Below, piece by piece: positions 1 through 13,450 of a DNA stretch of 64,000 nucleotides (its first letter is position 1; the number at the start of each line of letters is the position of its first letter). The stretch is from NCBI RefSeq assembly GCF_018350175.1, contig NC_058373.1:138012001-138076000 (forward strand), given 5' to 3'. This DNA comes from Felis catus. Its lineage: Eukaryota. The translations under genes were made by a program, and so were the position numbers. The notes under the pieces were generated by a model. The model ran no database searches. It was not told the DNA's origin and saw nothing but the letters and a program-made list of their open reading frames with translations.

Positions 1-2490
1 CAACCTTCTGATACGGGCTGCCTAGTTACTGCTTGCTTGTTGAATCTGGATGATTCTAGATTCTTCTAGAATGTAAGTCCCATCAGAGCAAAGACTCTGC
101 CAGTCATGTCCACGGCCCCCATCCCACTTCCTGGGACAGTGCCCGGTTCACCGTAGGCCCTCAGCAAGGCACAAATGACGCTCTGCTCCATGGGTTCAGT
201 GCCAGTCATTCCTTCAAGAAACCTCCAGGCCCCAAAGGCGACAGAGGAAATACTACAATAGGGACCTTCCCTAAGGAGCCACAGTATATGGATGAAAGAC
301 GCATAAAGAAAGACGCCCAGTTAGGGAGTTAAGAAAGGTGCAGCTCAGAGAGACACAGAGGAGGTGGGAGACACTGTTTATGGTGAAGGATCAAGGGATG
401 GGACACAGAGGAGGTGGACAAGGGACAGGGACCAGCATGTGCAAAGTGGCAAAGCATGAATTAGCATCTGAGTCCTTTGCCCCAGCGTGATGGAGACCTT
501 CAGCCCCCATCCATTCGCCCTACAGCATTTACTAAGTGCTCTGTGCTCTGGGACCCGCAGGGGTGGGTCCCCTCGGGGGTGGGCCGGTCCCCTCGGGGGT
601 GGGTTGGTTTCTACCATCATGCGCCCACAGACCTGAGGGACAGCAGTCAGTGTGGTTCTTCACACACAGGGGCTCTGAGCAGACACTGAGGCTCGGGGGA
701 GAGCAGACCCCTCTTAAACTGCCCAGCCATGACCCAGACTGCCCAATGCCACAGTCAAGGTGCCATGACTCACTGGCCAAGGGTGACCGATCGTCCTGGT
801 TTGCCCAGGACTTTCCCTGTCTTCGCCCTGAAAGTCCTGTGTCCCAGGAAACCCCTCAATCCAGGGCAAACCGGGGACGGCTGGTCACACCTGCCCCCAT
901 CTTCCTTTCTCGCCCAAGACCCCTGCCCCCAACTCCTGACACCCCTGTCCCCACCCCACCTCCCAGCCGCTCACAGGTGGGGGCTGGGTTTCCAGCAGCC
1001 TGCACTGAGGCAGCCTGTCCTCAGGTAACTGAGAGGGACCGGAAGGTGCTCCAGGTTACAGATGGGGCAGCCGGCCGGCTAGTTTCCAACGTCCATGTGT
1101 CCTCCCTTCTCTGATTAAGTCTTCAGACAAGTGCAAGGGGCACAGAAAGCCCTGGATCAGCACACCTTCCCCAGCTCGGAGCCTGGCCGCAGCTCTGCCA
1201 GAAACACAGAATCGCAATCCCTTCACTGTTCCCCTTGTCTGAGCTTTATCTCCAGAGGCCTCCAGGATCCAAGGTCAGGCTTCCCCCCACCCCCCAGGCG
1301 TCCTTTGTGCATTCAGAGCAAGGCCCGTGGCGGGCGTCCAACAAGCACGTGCTCAAGCAACAGGCAACTAATTATGACATTTCCACGTCCATCTTACAGA
1401 AGTGAAAACCAAGGCATAACACTTTTTAGGAACTCACAGCCAGTAGTTATTTCCTAAGACGCTGACGATTCCTTTCTTCAAATGCGGCTACCCTGAATCC
1501 AGTCTTCTAGAACTTTCTAGAGCCTTCCCCACTAGCCCTGCAGAGACTCAGACCCCACAGACGCTCTCACCCAAGGGGAGTCAGAAAAACTTAAAGACTT
1601 CCCCAGATGCCCGTTTCCAGGCTGGGATTTCTAAACCAGAGCTCCCTGCAGAGCAACAAAGTTCCCCCTAGGATACTGACAGAAAACCCTCAGCCTGGAG
1701 TCCCCCACGGGCTGCTGGAAGTCTGTGGGGTCCCTCAAATGATGCTCATCCCCCAGAGAATTTGAGGCACAGCACAGAGGAGCTTTAAGAGCCTGGCTGC
1801 AAAGGGAAAGATGCTGGTTGCATTAACCCCTCCACAAGTATGGAGCTGAATTAGATTCAATGCCTCCTCTGGTCCCCTGAAAGGGCATTGCATAGAAAGA
1901 GCTAGGTCCTACGAGTTACACAGTCTTCTAGCTCTGCTATTTATTGCCAGCCGTGACCTTGGACAAGCTCCGTAAGGTCTCCGGGCCTCCTTCTCCATAA
2001 AGCGCTAAGTAAGGTCTACTGTGCGGGGTCTGCTGGCTGAAGGGAAAAGCACTCGCATCCACCTGTACCCCGGAACCCTCGCGGAGGTGAGAGAATATAG
2101 CTGACCTCCGTGGAGAGGGTGCTGTGCGCTAGGTATGCGTTAACCCTCGCACTGATCACTTCGCTGATGTGGTAGGTCCCACTATTACTGCCTCCCCAGA
2201 TGGAAGAAGTGAGGCTCGGAGAGGGTCAGCCACCAGCCCAGGGCTCCACAGCCAGCACGGGACAAATTTTCTCCCTCCGGGTTCCTCCCCTCTTTGCCGC
2301 TAGACTTGAGGTGTGCTGAACGCAGGTCGTAAGTAATGAACCATTTTATTTTAAGCAGCCGGTGTAAAAGATCGGGACCTGTTTCAGAACTAGAGTTTTC
2401 AGAACTGAAATGGTTAGAGAGACTTCCTCAAATCTGCAAGCCCCCCCCCCTCCCTCCCCGGCTTCTAGAGGCTTCTAAAGGCTTCTAGAA

Positions 2491-2795
2491 CAGGGTCCTG
2501 TAAACTATGACCTGTTTCAGCACCTCTCTCCTGCTAAGAACGATATTTACATTTTCAAGTGGGTTGAAAAGCAAATTGAGAGAGTAAAATTCTGTGATAG
2601 GTAAAAGTGACACGAAATTCAAATTCCAGTGTCCTGTATGCAGTTTTCTTGGGGCACAGCCACGCCCACTCGTTACGGGAGTCCGTGGCTGCTTTAGATA
2701 CAACAGAAGAACTGAGTAATTATGAGAGCCTGTGCGGCCCATGAGACAAAGATATTTACTATCTGTCCCTTTACAGACAAGGTTGGCCACTTCCA
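2491..2795. mobile_element. MER58-like hAT-Charlie DNA transposon relic
   Basis: cagggtcc..taaactatgacc start; aagatatttactatctgtccctttacaga..ggttggcca end. Confidence 0.6.
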
Positions 2796-5651
2796 TTTAT
2801 CAGCTCAAGACAAATACCTCACCCCGCCCCCCCCCCTCCCCCAGCCTATCAGCACAGCATTCCTGAGAGGTCTGGAAATCTAGAAGATTCCATTCTATTC
2901 CTTTCAGCTACAAGTCTGCAATCCCTGATATCCAGAATGGGCCGACCGTCTGCGCATCACATCCGTGATTCTGGGCACATCTGGGGACGCCTGGCTTACT
3001 TTTCCTCCTTAGTTTGTTCTTTTTTTTTTTTTTTAATTCCACCCATTTAAACTTAAATTTCTTTCAGAAGGAGAATTTTTTATCTTTACTTCAAATAGAC
3101 CACCAGGATGAGAATCGACTGCCATGTATAGAACAACATAAGGGATCAATACGGTGCTTCTATCATCTGAAGCCGGTGCTAGCTTGTGCCTGAGGCCCGC
3201 TCCCGGTTAGGGATGTGCAAGCATTACAGCCAGACCGGCCCCACACGGAGACGTTCTCCTGACAAAATCCAGTGGTTCCCAACGAGCCCCGTGCAGCAGG
3301 ATCACCCAGGGAGCTTTTAAGAAGCTCAGATAGGCAGCCCTTGGTCCAGAAACTCCTACATTGGCCTAAAGTGGAGCCCCGATGATTAGGAAAACATTGC
3401 ATAGTCAGAAGGATAAAAGGAAAAAGTCAAAGGGACGACGGCACGGAGGATGGAGTAGGGAATTACTGGCATTCCGTGCTCCAAGCACCTGCCACCACAT
3501 TCATCCTGTCCATGATGACAGGTGACCAGCAGCTGCTGGTGACCAGCAGCCCCCAGTCCAAACTCAGACCTAGTCTGCACCCCTGCACTGTATTGAGGAC
3601 CCCGAGGCTCAGGGCTGGGAAAAGACCGGAGAGCCTAGTGGGGAGACGCTGACTTTTTCCCATAGTCAATTCTATAAAAGTAAAAGGTCCCACTGGCCAT
3701 CAGGGGTGGTCGGGAGGGAAACGGGTGATCAAGGCATTTGGTCTGCCCGCTGTCCACCTCAATAAGGGTCTTCCAAAGTGGGGCAGGCTTGGCTGAGTTG
3801 ACTTCAGCCCATCGCACCCCGGGCCCGGCCAGAGCACAGCCTCAGCCAAGAACACCTGTGCCAGGGGGCTGACTCACCAGCGGCTGTGCGGATCCAGCTA
3901 CTGTGTGGGCCGGGGCAGAGGCAGGCGGAAGTGCCCCCGCTCCCTTCGATGTGACCCGCACTGCCACCAAAGTCACCTCCCCAGCCAGGGAGCACCTCGG
4001 GGAAATAGGGAGTGCTCAGAGAAGCTGGAAATAGAAAAGCCAGAGATGCTGGGACCCAGCACCCACTCGGAGCTAAGAATTCCTCGTCCGCCTGTGATCG
4101 TATCGGTCCCTCGCGGCAACTCTGCGGGGAAGGTGTGACCAGCCCCACCGAACAGGTGAGCTGGCCATGCAGGGGATGTGACTTGCCGAGATTACACTGC
4201 AGGTGGCAGAACCCGGGTCCCAGCCCAGGTCTGTCTGATTCCACCAGTCAAGGCTGCCAGCCCCACCCCTCAGGCCCAGGAGCGGGGAGGAACTCTGCCA
4301 AAGCTCTGTCTTCTGCACAGGAAGACAGTGACGCCTTGGTCCGTGGGCTAAACTGGCCATGTTAATGGCCTCTTAGCTCCAGGTGGGGGTTTTTGGTTTG
4401 CAACACATGCTCAGACACAGCCAGCATGGTCAAGAGCATAGCACATGTTTCCCAACCTCACAGAGAAGGGAGTTGAGGTCCCCAAAGACCGTGCCCTCCA
4501 ACAAAATAAAAGGGTCCTTCCTGGTGCCCCTGGGCTCCCCTCTCTCTGAGCCATTGCCCACCCCCTCCCCCCCCCGCCCCAGGATGGGACATCCTGTTTC
4601 AAGCACCCACCTCACCCACCACACTCCTCCTATCCACAGGGCACGGATGTGGCCCTGGAGCCCTCCTCCCCTGTCCAGCTCGGTCAATGTCAGCATGTTA
4701 AAGGAATGTGGTTGCCCAAGCCAGGCGGCTTCCAGAGCGGAAGGGCTACCTCCCAGCCACAAACGCGTGCCTCTCTGGCTCCCAAACTAAAGTGGCTCCA
4801 GCTAGGAGCTGTGTGACAAACCCCCGCTGCTACCTACAGGGGACAAGGGCAGGGACTTATGGGGCCACCACCCCCCTCCCCAAAGGAGCATATCCATAAG
4901 TAAAGACTGCTGGGAGCATATGCCCACACCCCCAGGCATCCAGGTGCTTCTACCCAGAAGGAAGTGGGGACAAGACAACACCACGAGATGGAATTTTTGT
5001 AAAAACTCATGTTCTAAGATTATCCCTGAGCAAAGTTGAATTTGAAATCAGCAAACAGATAAACAGGCAAATTACATAAGCCAGGCTCCACTGCTGCCCA
5101 GTCCTGAATGAAGGAATTTAACCTGGCCGCCCCGACTGGCTCTCATCCAGCTTACAACCGCGGCTTGTGGTCACCACGCTCTCCGCAGCGAGTGACAGAG
5201 CCCGCAGACTTCCCTGGAACCACTCGAGAAAAGGGTGTGGTCAGGGCGGTGAGGGTAGGGTGCTCCGGGGTGGGCCCCCGCTCTGGGAAAGCTGTGCCCC
5301 GTGTGATATTGGCCACACAGAAAGGATTTCCTGGGAGGAACGGCCTGTCCGTGCGAGAGCCACTGAGGGTTGCGGAGAAAGAACTAGATTATGGGGGAGG
5401 AGGCCCGAGGTCTGGGTCTGACTCACCACGTCCTGCCCAGTGCGCTCCCAGCACGGAACATGGAGAGGCCAGGGGACACTGGTGGTTTCCCTGCATGAGC
5501 TGTGGGATCAGATCATTGGAGCTAAATTCCAATCCCCTGCTGAGGGTTTGGAATCTTTCTGTAAACTGGGACTAGCAGAGCCTGCCTCCTGAGCTGTCTT
5601 GAGGATTGAGGGGGAAAATGCAGAGGGCATTCAAGCAACACTAGCGTTCCC

Positions 5652-5693
5652 TACCGAGTACCGAGTACCGAGTACTAAGTACCGAGTACCGAG
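5652..5693. repeat. Heptamer tandem repeat (TACCGAG)x6, one unit degenerate
   Basis: taccgag taccgag taccgag tactaag taccgag taccgag. Confidence 0.9.
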
Positions 5694-7427
5694 GGGCGCC
5701 AGCCATCAGGCTAAAGCATGCGAGGCGCCCCAGGTGGCAGCCAGTCCTCCTCATCAGTGTACACTTTCATTCATCCCTTCTTTCATTCCATAGATATGGA
5801 CTCGGCAGCTACTACGGCCAGGCTCTGGGGACGGAAAAAATCCCCGCGCTCAGGGAGTGTCCGTGCTAGCGGAGGGGACGGATGATAAACCCAAGAGCAG
5901 ACAGCAGACACGTAAGATCATTTCAGTTGGTGGCAAGTGTCAGACAGTGAAACAGGGCGATAGGGCAGGGCGCAAGGACAGGTGCTCCAGTGGCCTGTGA
6001 CGGGGACTCGGGATCTCAGTGATGAGCATTTGCAGCGTCAGAAAGCCCTGAGGGGGGCGGGGGTGCAGTCTGTAGGCAGAGGAAGGGCAAGAAGGCAGGC
6101 CTGAGGGGGGAGGCGCCCAGCGTCCTCGGAGAAGAAATGGACATGAGACCTGAGTCCCAGACAGGCGAAGGGAGGTCCTCAACTTCCAGCACCGGCCCCG
6201 GGGAGCCCCGGAAAAGGGACAGCTCTCCAGAAGGGCGATCTCCAAAGAGGACCCCAAAGGGAGGTGACAAGCATCCCCCCCTTCTCTCCCCAGCCTTGGT
6301 TCATGACTCCGGAGCCCACTTTTCCCCTCCGTGTCCTGTGATCACCAGGATCTGTCCCGTCCACTTCATTCAGGGGTGCTCGCTGGGGCGACACAGCCCC
6401 CCTGCCGTTCGCGAGATCCGATTTTAAAGTGTAAAGCCTGTTCGTGAGACAGTAATCATGACAGAAGGAAAAATCCTGTATCCCTGCCTTCCAGGAGGTC
6501 ACAACCTAGTGGGGAATCAGACACGAAAGCGGAAATGAGTGGAAAGTATACTGGAAAACAAACCAGCGACCCCACTGGGTTGCCGGAGGAAGGCTTCTAG
6601 TTGGAGATATGTAGCAGGGGTTGGCGGGGAGGAGCCGGGGGGCAGGTGCGCCGTCTGGCAGAGGTGACAGCGGGAGCGCAGGTCTGGAGGTGGGAAAGAC
6701 CAGGATGAGTTTGCGGCCTCGTGGGACCAGGTGGTAGAAAGCATGAAATGCCAGCAGGGGAGGCTGGGGGGCCTGGGACTTCCTCCACAGGGCAGGCGGG
6801 ACCCACTGGAGGGGACAGGCAGGGACTCACCCCCTTAAGTGAGCTGACCTCTCCCAAGGGTGGCACATGGCCATCGGGAGAGACTGAGGCCCCAAACACC
6901 TACTTTGAGGCCGTGGTTCTTGGCTGAGAGAACACCCAGACTTCAAGGCACCTTAGAGCTCTCCTCATTCCGGCCTCCCCTTCGGAAGGGCAGGAAGCCT
7001 GAGACTGGCCCAGGTTGAAGGTCGAGGTGCCTGGGGAACTACCAGCACCTCCCATCATCACAGAAGAGCCAGCTCTTTGAAACAAGGAAAGAGGCTACCC
7101 CAGTGAGTCAGCCTGCTGTATTATTTCAGCGAATGTCACTCGGGAGGGGCTCAGCCCTTTTCAGACCTCAAATAAAACTCTTGGCTTAATTAGAGCCCCG
7201 CCAGTGGCCACAGGGACCCACCTACTCTATCTAGGCGTTGGTGATGAGTGGGAGGGCCCGACCCCAAAGACAAGCCTCCCCATTTTCATCACGTGACCAG
7301 CCCGCATTGTGTCAGGCATGAATACAGACCAAACAGACTTTTAGGGAAGGTGGCTGCCAGGGAAGACACCATCTCAGATCGAGATTGGCCCCGAGGCACC
7401 ACAGAGAGACCTGGGCCGGTCATTTCT

Positions 7428-7664
7428 TTCTTCCTTTCTTTCTTTTTAAATTTTTTTTAAATGTTTTTACTGATTTTTGAGACAGAGAGAGACAGAGCAT
7501 GAGCAGGGGAGGGGCAGAGAGAGAGGGAGACACAGAATCAGAAGCAGGCTCCGGGCTCTGAGATATCAACACAGAGCCTGATGCGGGGCTCGAACTCAAG
7601 GACCGTGAGATCGTGACCTGAGCCGAAGTCGGACGCTTCACCGACTGAGCCACCCAGGTGCCCC
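7428..7664 (-). mobile_element. CAN-SINE (SINEC_Fc-type)
   Basis: tRNA-derived head (reverse complement of GGGGCACCTGGGTGGCTCAGTCGG), (CT)n and A-tail; 16-bp TSD tgggccggtca(t/c)ttct at 7412-7427 and 7665-7680. Confidence 0.92.
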
Positions 7665-7956
7665 TGGGCCGGTCACTTCTAATTGTGGAGACTCAGTTTC
7701 CCCAGGGGTAAAAATAGAGGCTCAGATGAGAGGAATCCAAGGCTCCGGCTGGCTCTGGCATTCTCTTATTCTCCGCTGCAGCTGTCAGTTCGAGAACACT
7801 GCACACACATTCCCCGCAGGCACATACACTGAGGGCTTGTTTCCCAGCGTCTGAAAGATGCCCGACTTGTGCAGTTCCGTCTCCGCGGGTCCTAAGCCCT
7901 GCCCTACGGGGAGGTAGCACCAGCCCCATCAGGCACGTGAAAAATGGGGTCACAAA

Positions 7957-8180
7957 GGGGCGCCTGGGTGGCTGTCGGTTAGCGTCCGACTTCGGCTCGG
8001 GTCACGATCTCGCAGCTCGTGAGTTCGAGCCCCGCGTCGGGCTCTGTGCTGACAGCTCGGAGCCTGGAGCCTGCTTCAGATTCTGTGTCTCCTCTCTTTC
8101 TGCCCCTCCTCCGCCCTCGCTCTCTCTCTCTCCCTCTCTCAAAAAATAAGCATTAAAAAAAAATACCGTTTAGGAAAAAA
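7957..8180 (+). mobile_element. CAN-SINE
   Basis: GGGGCGCCTGGGTGG head, B-box GAGTTCGAGCCC, (CT)n and A-tail; TSD aaaaatggggtcaca. Confidence 0.92.
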
Positions 8181-9607
8181 ATGGGGTCACAGGACACAGA
8201 GCAGGGGGACCCGGCCCCAGGTCTCCACTCCCCAAGGGGGCACACAAGCTGGACACAACCGCTGTCTCCGTGCCCGACGCGCATCAGAACCACCACCAAA
8301 TGCATCAGTCCTGGGGCATCCGGCGCTCTGAGACCCTTTGGCCGGGACAGCTATCTCTGCAGAGGGAAGACCCAAAGAACACCTTGGATTTGGGCAGAAG
8401 GCAGGTGGCCAGGAATCGAAGCGAGCATTCAAAGCACCAGGGCCCCAAGTGGGATGGGTTCCCCAAATCTCAGCGCACCGCTGCCCCACTCCATCATAAG
8501 GAAGAAGGTGTGGCGGTTAGAGCCGTCCGGCCCAGAGCCTCCTGTGATCTGACAGCTGGGCAGAAACCACCCAACGACCCTGGACAAGGGCATGTCCCCC
8601 CCACCTGCCAGCTGGGCCGGGACGACAGGGACCGCAGCTCCGGAGGAGCGAAGGCTGCGTTCACAGCACAGCACACGCGAAAAAAGCTTCCCGTCTTTTC
8701 AGCGCATCCTCTGGGTGAAGCTCCCGCCCCGTCACTTACTCAGCTGCCATGGGGATTTGGGGCAAGGCCTTCAACCTCTCTGACCCTGTTTCCCCAGATG
8801 CAAAATGGCGATAACCATACCCGTAGCGGTTAAGTTGTCCTGATAACTCCTAAATATATCCAGCATGCCCCACAAAGAACAGGAAAAATAGGAGTGGCTG
8901 CCCAAGGCCGGTTTCATGGGAAAGGAGAGTGTGGGCACTGCTTATGCAGGTCCTTTGGTGACGTTTGCGTTTGTGTAAGTTCCGGAAGTTGTGTGGTCAT
9001 TGCACGCGGCAGCTCTCTTCTCGCGTTCAACAATTAAAATGATCACTTTAATCTCGGATAAATGTAAACTTAAATAACATAATAAATAAACGAGTAAAAA
9101 AATAAATACACGGAAATCTTAGTTTAATCTCAGGGCTGCCCGTTGCCCTGTCTCCAGGGGGCCCTTGCCACAGTGGTGTCGCGTCGCGGCGAGAGACATT
9201 CAGGTGTGGCCGCGCAGAGCAAGCTGTCTTCCCTACCTTTGGGCCTGATGTTGACCTGGGCCGGGGCATTTCCACCAGCCACAAAAGCCAACAGGTTGTG
9301 TCCAGGGGACCCGAGGTTCCTCCCAGCTCAAATATTTCAGGATTTTCTGATTCACAAGCATAAATCATCACGCCAAGACCTTAAAAACTCTCATAGATAA
9401 TCTGAGATTGCAGAGCGTTTACACCATCTCCCAGTCGTATGTCTTCAAAGAGGGAGATGATTTCTCCGCATAAGATGCCATGGGTCTGTCACACGGTAGG
9501 GTTTGTGTTTGTCGTGTTTTATCAAATCCAGCCAGACTACCACCGGAATCTGTGGGAAGAGACTGATTTCCCATGAGAGCTTTGTGAAATGTTTCATATT
9601 ACCTTTA

Positions 9608-9801
9608 AAAAAATTTTTTGTTAATGTTTATTTATTTTTGAGAGAGAGAGGGAGGGGCAGAGAGAGACGCAGAATCCAAAGCAGGCTCCAGGCCCTGAGC
9701 TGTCAGCACAGAGCCTGATGTGGGGCACGAACTCACGAACGGTGAGATCGTGACCTGAGCCGAAGTCAGATGCTTAACCATCTGAGTCACCCAGGCGCCC
9801 C
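9608..9801 (-). mobile_element. CAN-SINE
   Basis: Antisense SINEC body; TSD tca(t/c)attaccttt. Confidence 0.9.
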
Positions 9802-12199
9802 TCACATTACCTTTTAATTGTATCTGCATGTAAGATTTGATATATGCGATGGAATATATAGGCATGTACGTGTATAAACAAATGTATATTCGTAAATGAT
9901 GAAGCATAAAAATACTTTAATAGCACCCACGACTGCACCTCTCGACAGAAAAACATAATGGATCCCACCGAGACTGGACCTGGCTCCTCTTTGACCCTGT
10001 GCCCTCTTCCCCACCCTGATTTGGGGGTTACCATTCCCCTGCTTTTCATAAAATCCACTTAAATTTTAAAAAAGACTCCATATAGAGAGGCACACATAAA
10101 ACATACATGGCGTCCCCAGCAGTTCCAAGGTAAATTCTTCTATCATGGACCCCATGACCCTACCAATCCCCTCTTGCCCACGCCCCCCCCCCCCCATGAT
10201 CATCTCTGCCCCACGATTGCTTGACTTCTCATGTATACATCGCGAAACGACTCCTCGTTCGTGTTTGTGTTTTGAGCTTTCCTAATTAGCAGCTCTGTGC
10301 CCTGCCTTTCAAAGCATTTCGGAGATGCTGGGATTCCCTGCACAGAGTCTGCAGCCTAGAAATCCAGGCAAGAGGTGCAGGCCACAGTACATTGTCACGA
10401 TCGCATTAGGTGGATTAGGAATAATAAAACCACTATAACTCCTCCTATGATGTGTCCCCACCCCCCGGGGCATTCTGCTGAGGCTTGTCCCCAATTGTCT
10501 CATTTATCCCCACAGCAACCCCACAGGGGGCCTCTTATCTCTACTTTAGAGAAGACAAAATTGAGGCTTTGGCTGCGGGGACTGTCCCCCATGTGTTTCC
10601 TGGCAGCTCAGCCCCAGGAACATCATCCCCAAATCCTGAAGCCGTGATTCCCTGGGGGTGGAGAGGGTCAGTAGACAATTCCAGAACTTCCATCTCCCCC
10701 TCCCAGGTTCCTCTCGTGGTGGCCCTACTGGGCTACTTTCAGACGTTAACGGGGGAAGAAAGTTCAGAATCCATTCTTCCCGGCAAATGCCAATGTCTTA
10801 ATGATGAGCGGGATCCTGCCTCGCCCATACTGTTGGCCTGGTGATTAGCGTCATTTCTTTCTATTGCCTGAGACGCACTGTGTGGTATAATGAAGGGCAG
10901 CGAGTCAACGGCCCCGAGTTCGAATCCTGACTCAGCCACCCCTGCCCTCTGAAACCTGTCTCCTCATCCGTAAATGGGCCAGCAATGGCACCAGCCTTGG
11001 CCTATTCCCCTCTTGTGGGGAAGAAAACCGAAACTCTGAGAGGGGAAGGGAGGTTTTCATGGCCAAGGCCAAGGCCAAGGCAGGACTGGACCCAGGTAGT
11101 CTAACATGACCACCCCCATTCTCAACACCTAGGCAACACGGTAAGGCGCTCAGTCCTCTTGGCTCTCGGGGGCCCCAAGGCTTTTAGGGGGTTGTGCTGG
11201 ACCTGTCCGGTCTTACCTCCCTAGAACGGCAGTCACAGCTGTCCCTGCCCCAGGTTTTTGCATCAGGAGATGGGGGGGGGGGGCCACCCAGGCACAGACA
11301 GGTCTGCGGCCACAACAGAACATGCAAAGCAGCTATGCTACAGGGCTGTTCCCATGGAGACAAACTCACCCTGAAGGGTGTCTGCAGGGGGCCAGCCTGC
11401 ACCCTGAGGCAGAAACCAGGGCCCGGATCCTCACCCCTCCCCTCAGGACCCCCAGCAAGACAGGAGGAGTTCCCAGCCCACTCCCCCCTCCAGCTGCCCT
11501 CAGAGGGGCCTCTGGCTGAAAACGGCGCCCTGGGGCCAGCGGGCAGGACACAGCTGCGGCTGTCGGGCAGCAGAAAGAGGTCCTGCTTGAGGAATGTGCA
11601 GACCCACACGTGTCAGAGAGCCCCGCTGGGGACTGGTTCCAGGAAACAGAGCAAAACAGCCCGGTGGCACCGGCTCGTGCCTCCTGCCTCCCAGCCCCTG
11701 ACCCCTGGGGGCTGCTGGCTGTGCAGGAGGCAGGGCCTGACCCTTCCAGAGAGCCTGATTCTGTTCTCAGTCGTGCAGCCCCGGGGAAATCGCTGCCCAT
11801 CCCTGGGCCTGTTTCCTCTCTTCTTGGTGGAGGAAGGAGGCCGTCCCGCCAAGCTCAGAATGGCAGTGATTTTGTGACATACTCCCTTTTCTGGGAGGGC
11901 AGTCTCTTGTCCCTCACTGTCTCCTCCTGCCCTCACTCGCCTGGGATGGGGCATGCTTCCCTCGCATGTCAGGCTCCCCCCCCCCCCACACCGGCTGCCT
12001 GCCTGGTTACATCCACCGGGCCCACTGTCTAGAGTCAAGATCTGAAGACCCTAAAGGTGGTCAGCATCCATTGGGGGCTCGCTCAGCCCCGCAAGAGATC
12101 TTTGGCCTCACTAAGCCCTCCTTGAGAGATGTGGGATGAGGCTCAGAGAGGCCGAGCGGCTTGCCCAAAGCGGCACAGCCAGGAGGTGTCTGAATGAAC

Positions 12200-13450
12200 C
12201 CGAGACTGTCCGGGGCTACCCGCCCCCCCCCCTCCTCCAGCGCGCCCGCTCCGGGCTGTCCCAGGCACTAGGAAGCGAGCGCGTGGTCGCCAGGAGGGGG
12301 TACTGATGCCCGCGATTGCTGCCCAGGCCCGGGACAGCCGGCGGCGCGGGCCCGCGGTGACAGGTCCGCTGGCCCCAAGCGGCGGCTGAGTGAAGACTGG
12401 AGGCGGCGCCCGGCCCGCCGGGGACACGCTGCCCAGGGCTCAGGGGCTTTTTCTTGGGGGCCGCGCCTCCAGGCTTGGGGAGCGGAAACGCTCGGGGACT
12501 TTGCAGGCGGCAGGGATCGGTTAGGTTTAAACTAAAAATACCCGCCCGCCCGCAGCTGTCACGCCAGGGCCCCCGCCCCCGCGCCGGGCGCGCCTCCCCA
12601 GGTCCCCTCGACTTTCGGCGACCCCGATCCCTGGGAGGCCCGTCGGGGCTGGGCCGGGGGCCGCGGCCCCGACCCTCCCGGCCCCGGCTCGGCCTCCGCG
12701 CCCCGCGCCACTTACCGGGTCCGGAGCGTGCAGGAGCGCGGCGCCGCGGGCAGCTCCGGCCCAGCCGCCCTCCTCCCTGCGTCCCGGGCGGCTCCGGAGC
12801 GGGGCGGGGCCGGGGCGGGGCCGGACACTCGCCCCCGGCCCCGCCCAGTCCCCTCGGGGACCCGCCGCGGGAGCCGCCCCGGGGCCGTGCCACCCGGCCG
12901 GGCCGTGCAGGACGCGCCCGGCCCCGCGCTCCAGGCGGAGGCCCCCGGCGCACGGCCCCAGCCTCGCGGCGCCCAATCGCAGACAGCCCCCCTCCGAGGG
13001 AAGGAGCGCCGCCGCGGGGCCTCCCCATCCTCACCCCCGGGCTCCGCGCCCCGGGCTACCCCCTCCGGCCCAGGAGCCGTCCGGATCCCCGGACCCCCGC
13101 CTGCCTCCGCCTGGGTCTCATCCTCGGGAGGGCACGGAGCTGCCTGTCCCCCGGGGGAAAGTTGGATCTGGGGAGGGAGATCCTCTGGCGTCCAGATTTG
13201 GGGAGAAGGCGAGGGGGGCTGGCAGGTCTGGCCCCCCTCAGAGCCGAGGTGCGGCCAAAGGCAGGGACACTCCTCCCGGAGGCGCGAAATCCAAGGAGGA
13301 AGTGACACCTATCAGCTGGCCTGACAGTGGGGGCGCCCCATCCGGCCACTCCTACCCCACAGTGCCCGGAGCCACCGCGGGGGGGAATCTCTCTGGGTCC
13401 CGGGCTCAGATGGGAGCCCCGAGGATGTCCAGAGGAAGCTACTGCGGGGG
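12200..13450. promoter_or_regulatory. CpG-island promoter, probably SYNE3 (nesprin-3)
   Basis: Dense CpG with tandem Sp1 boxes GGGGCGGGGC at 12801-12822. It lies ~17 kb from the GLRX5 start, which fits the recalled human gene order SYNE3(-), SNHG10(-), GLRX5(+). Confidence 0.8.
12716..12790 (-). other. SYNE3: Probable non-coding first exon of SYNE3; intron 1 runs toward coordinate 1 and out of the window
   Basis: Consensus donor CCG|GTAAGT on the minus strand (acttaccgg at 12710-12718) just downstream of the GC boxes. No nesprin-like coding exon is recognisable in 1-12.7 kb. Gene identity rests on synteny only and the TSS is approximate. Confidence 0.6.

Noticed and set aside
5652-5693. Short tandem repeats as a CRISPR-like or coding array
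   Set aside because: Eukaryotic slippage repeat with no spacers.
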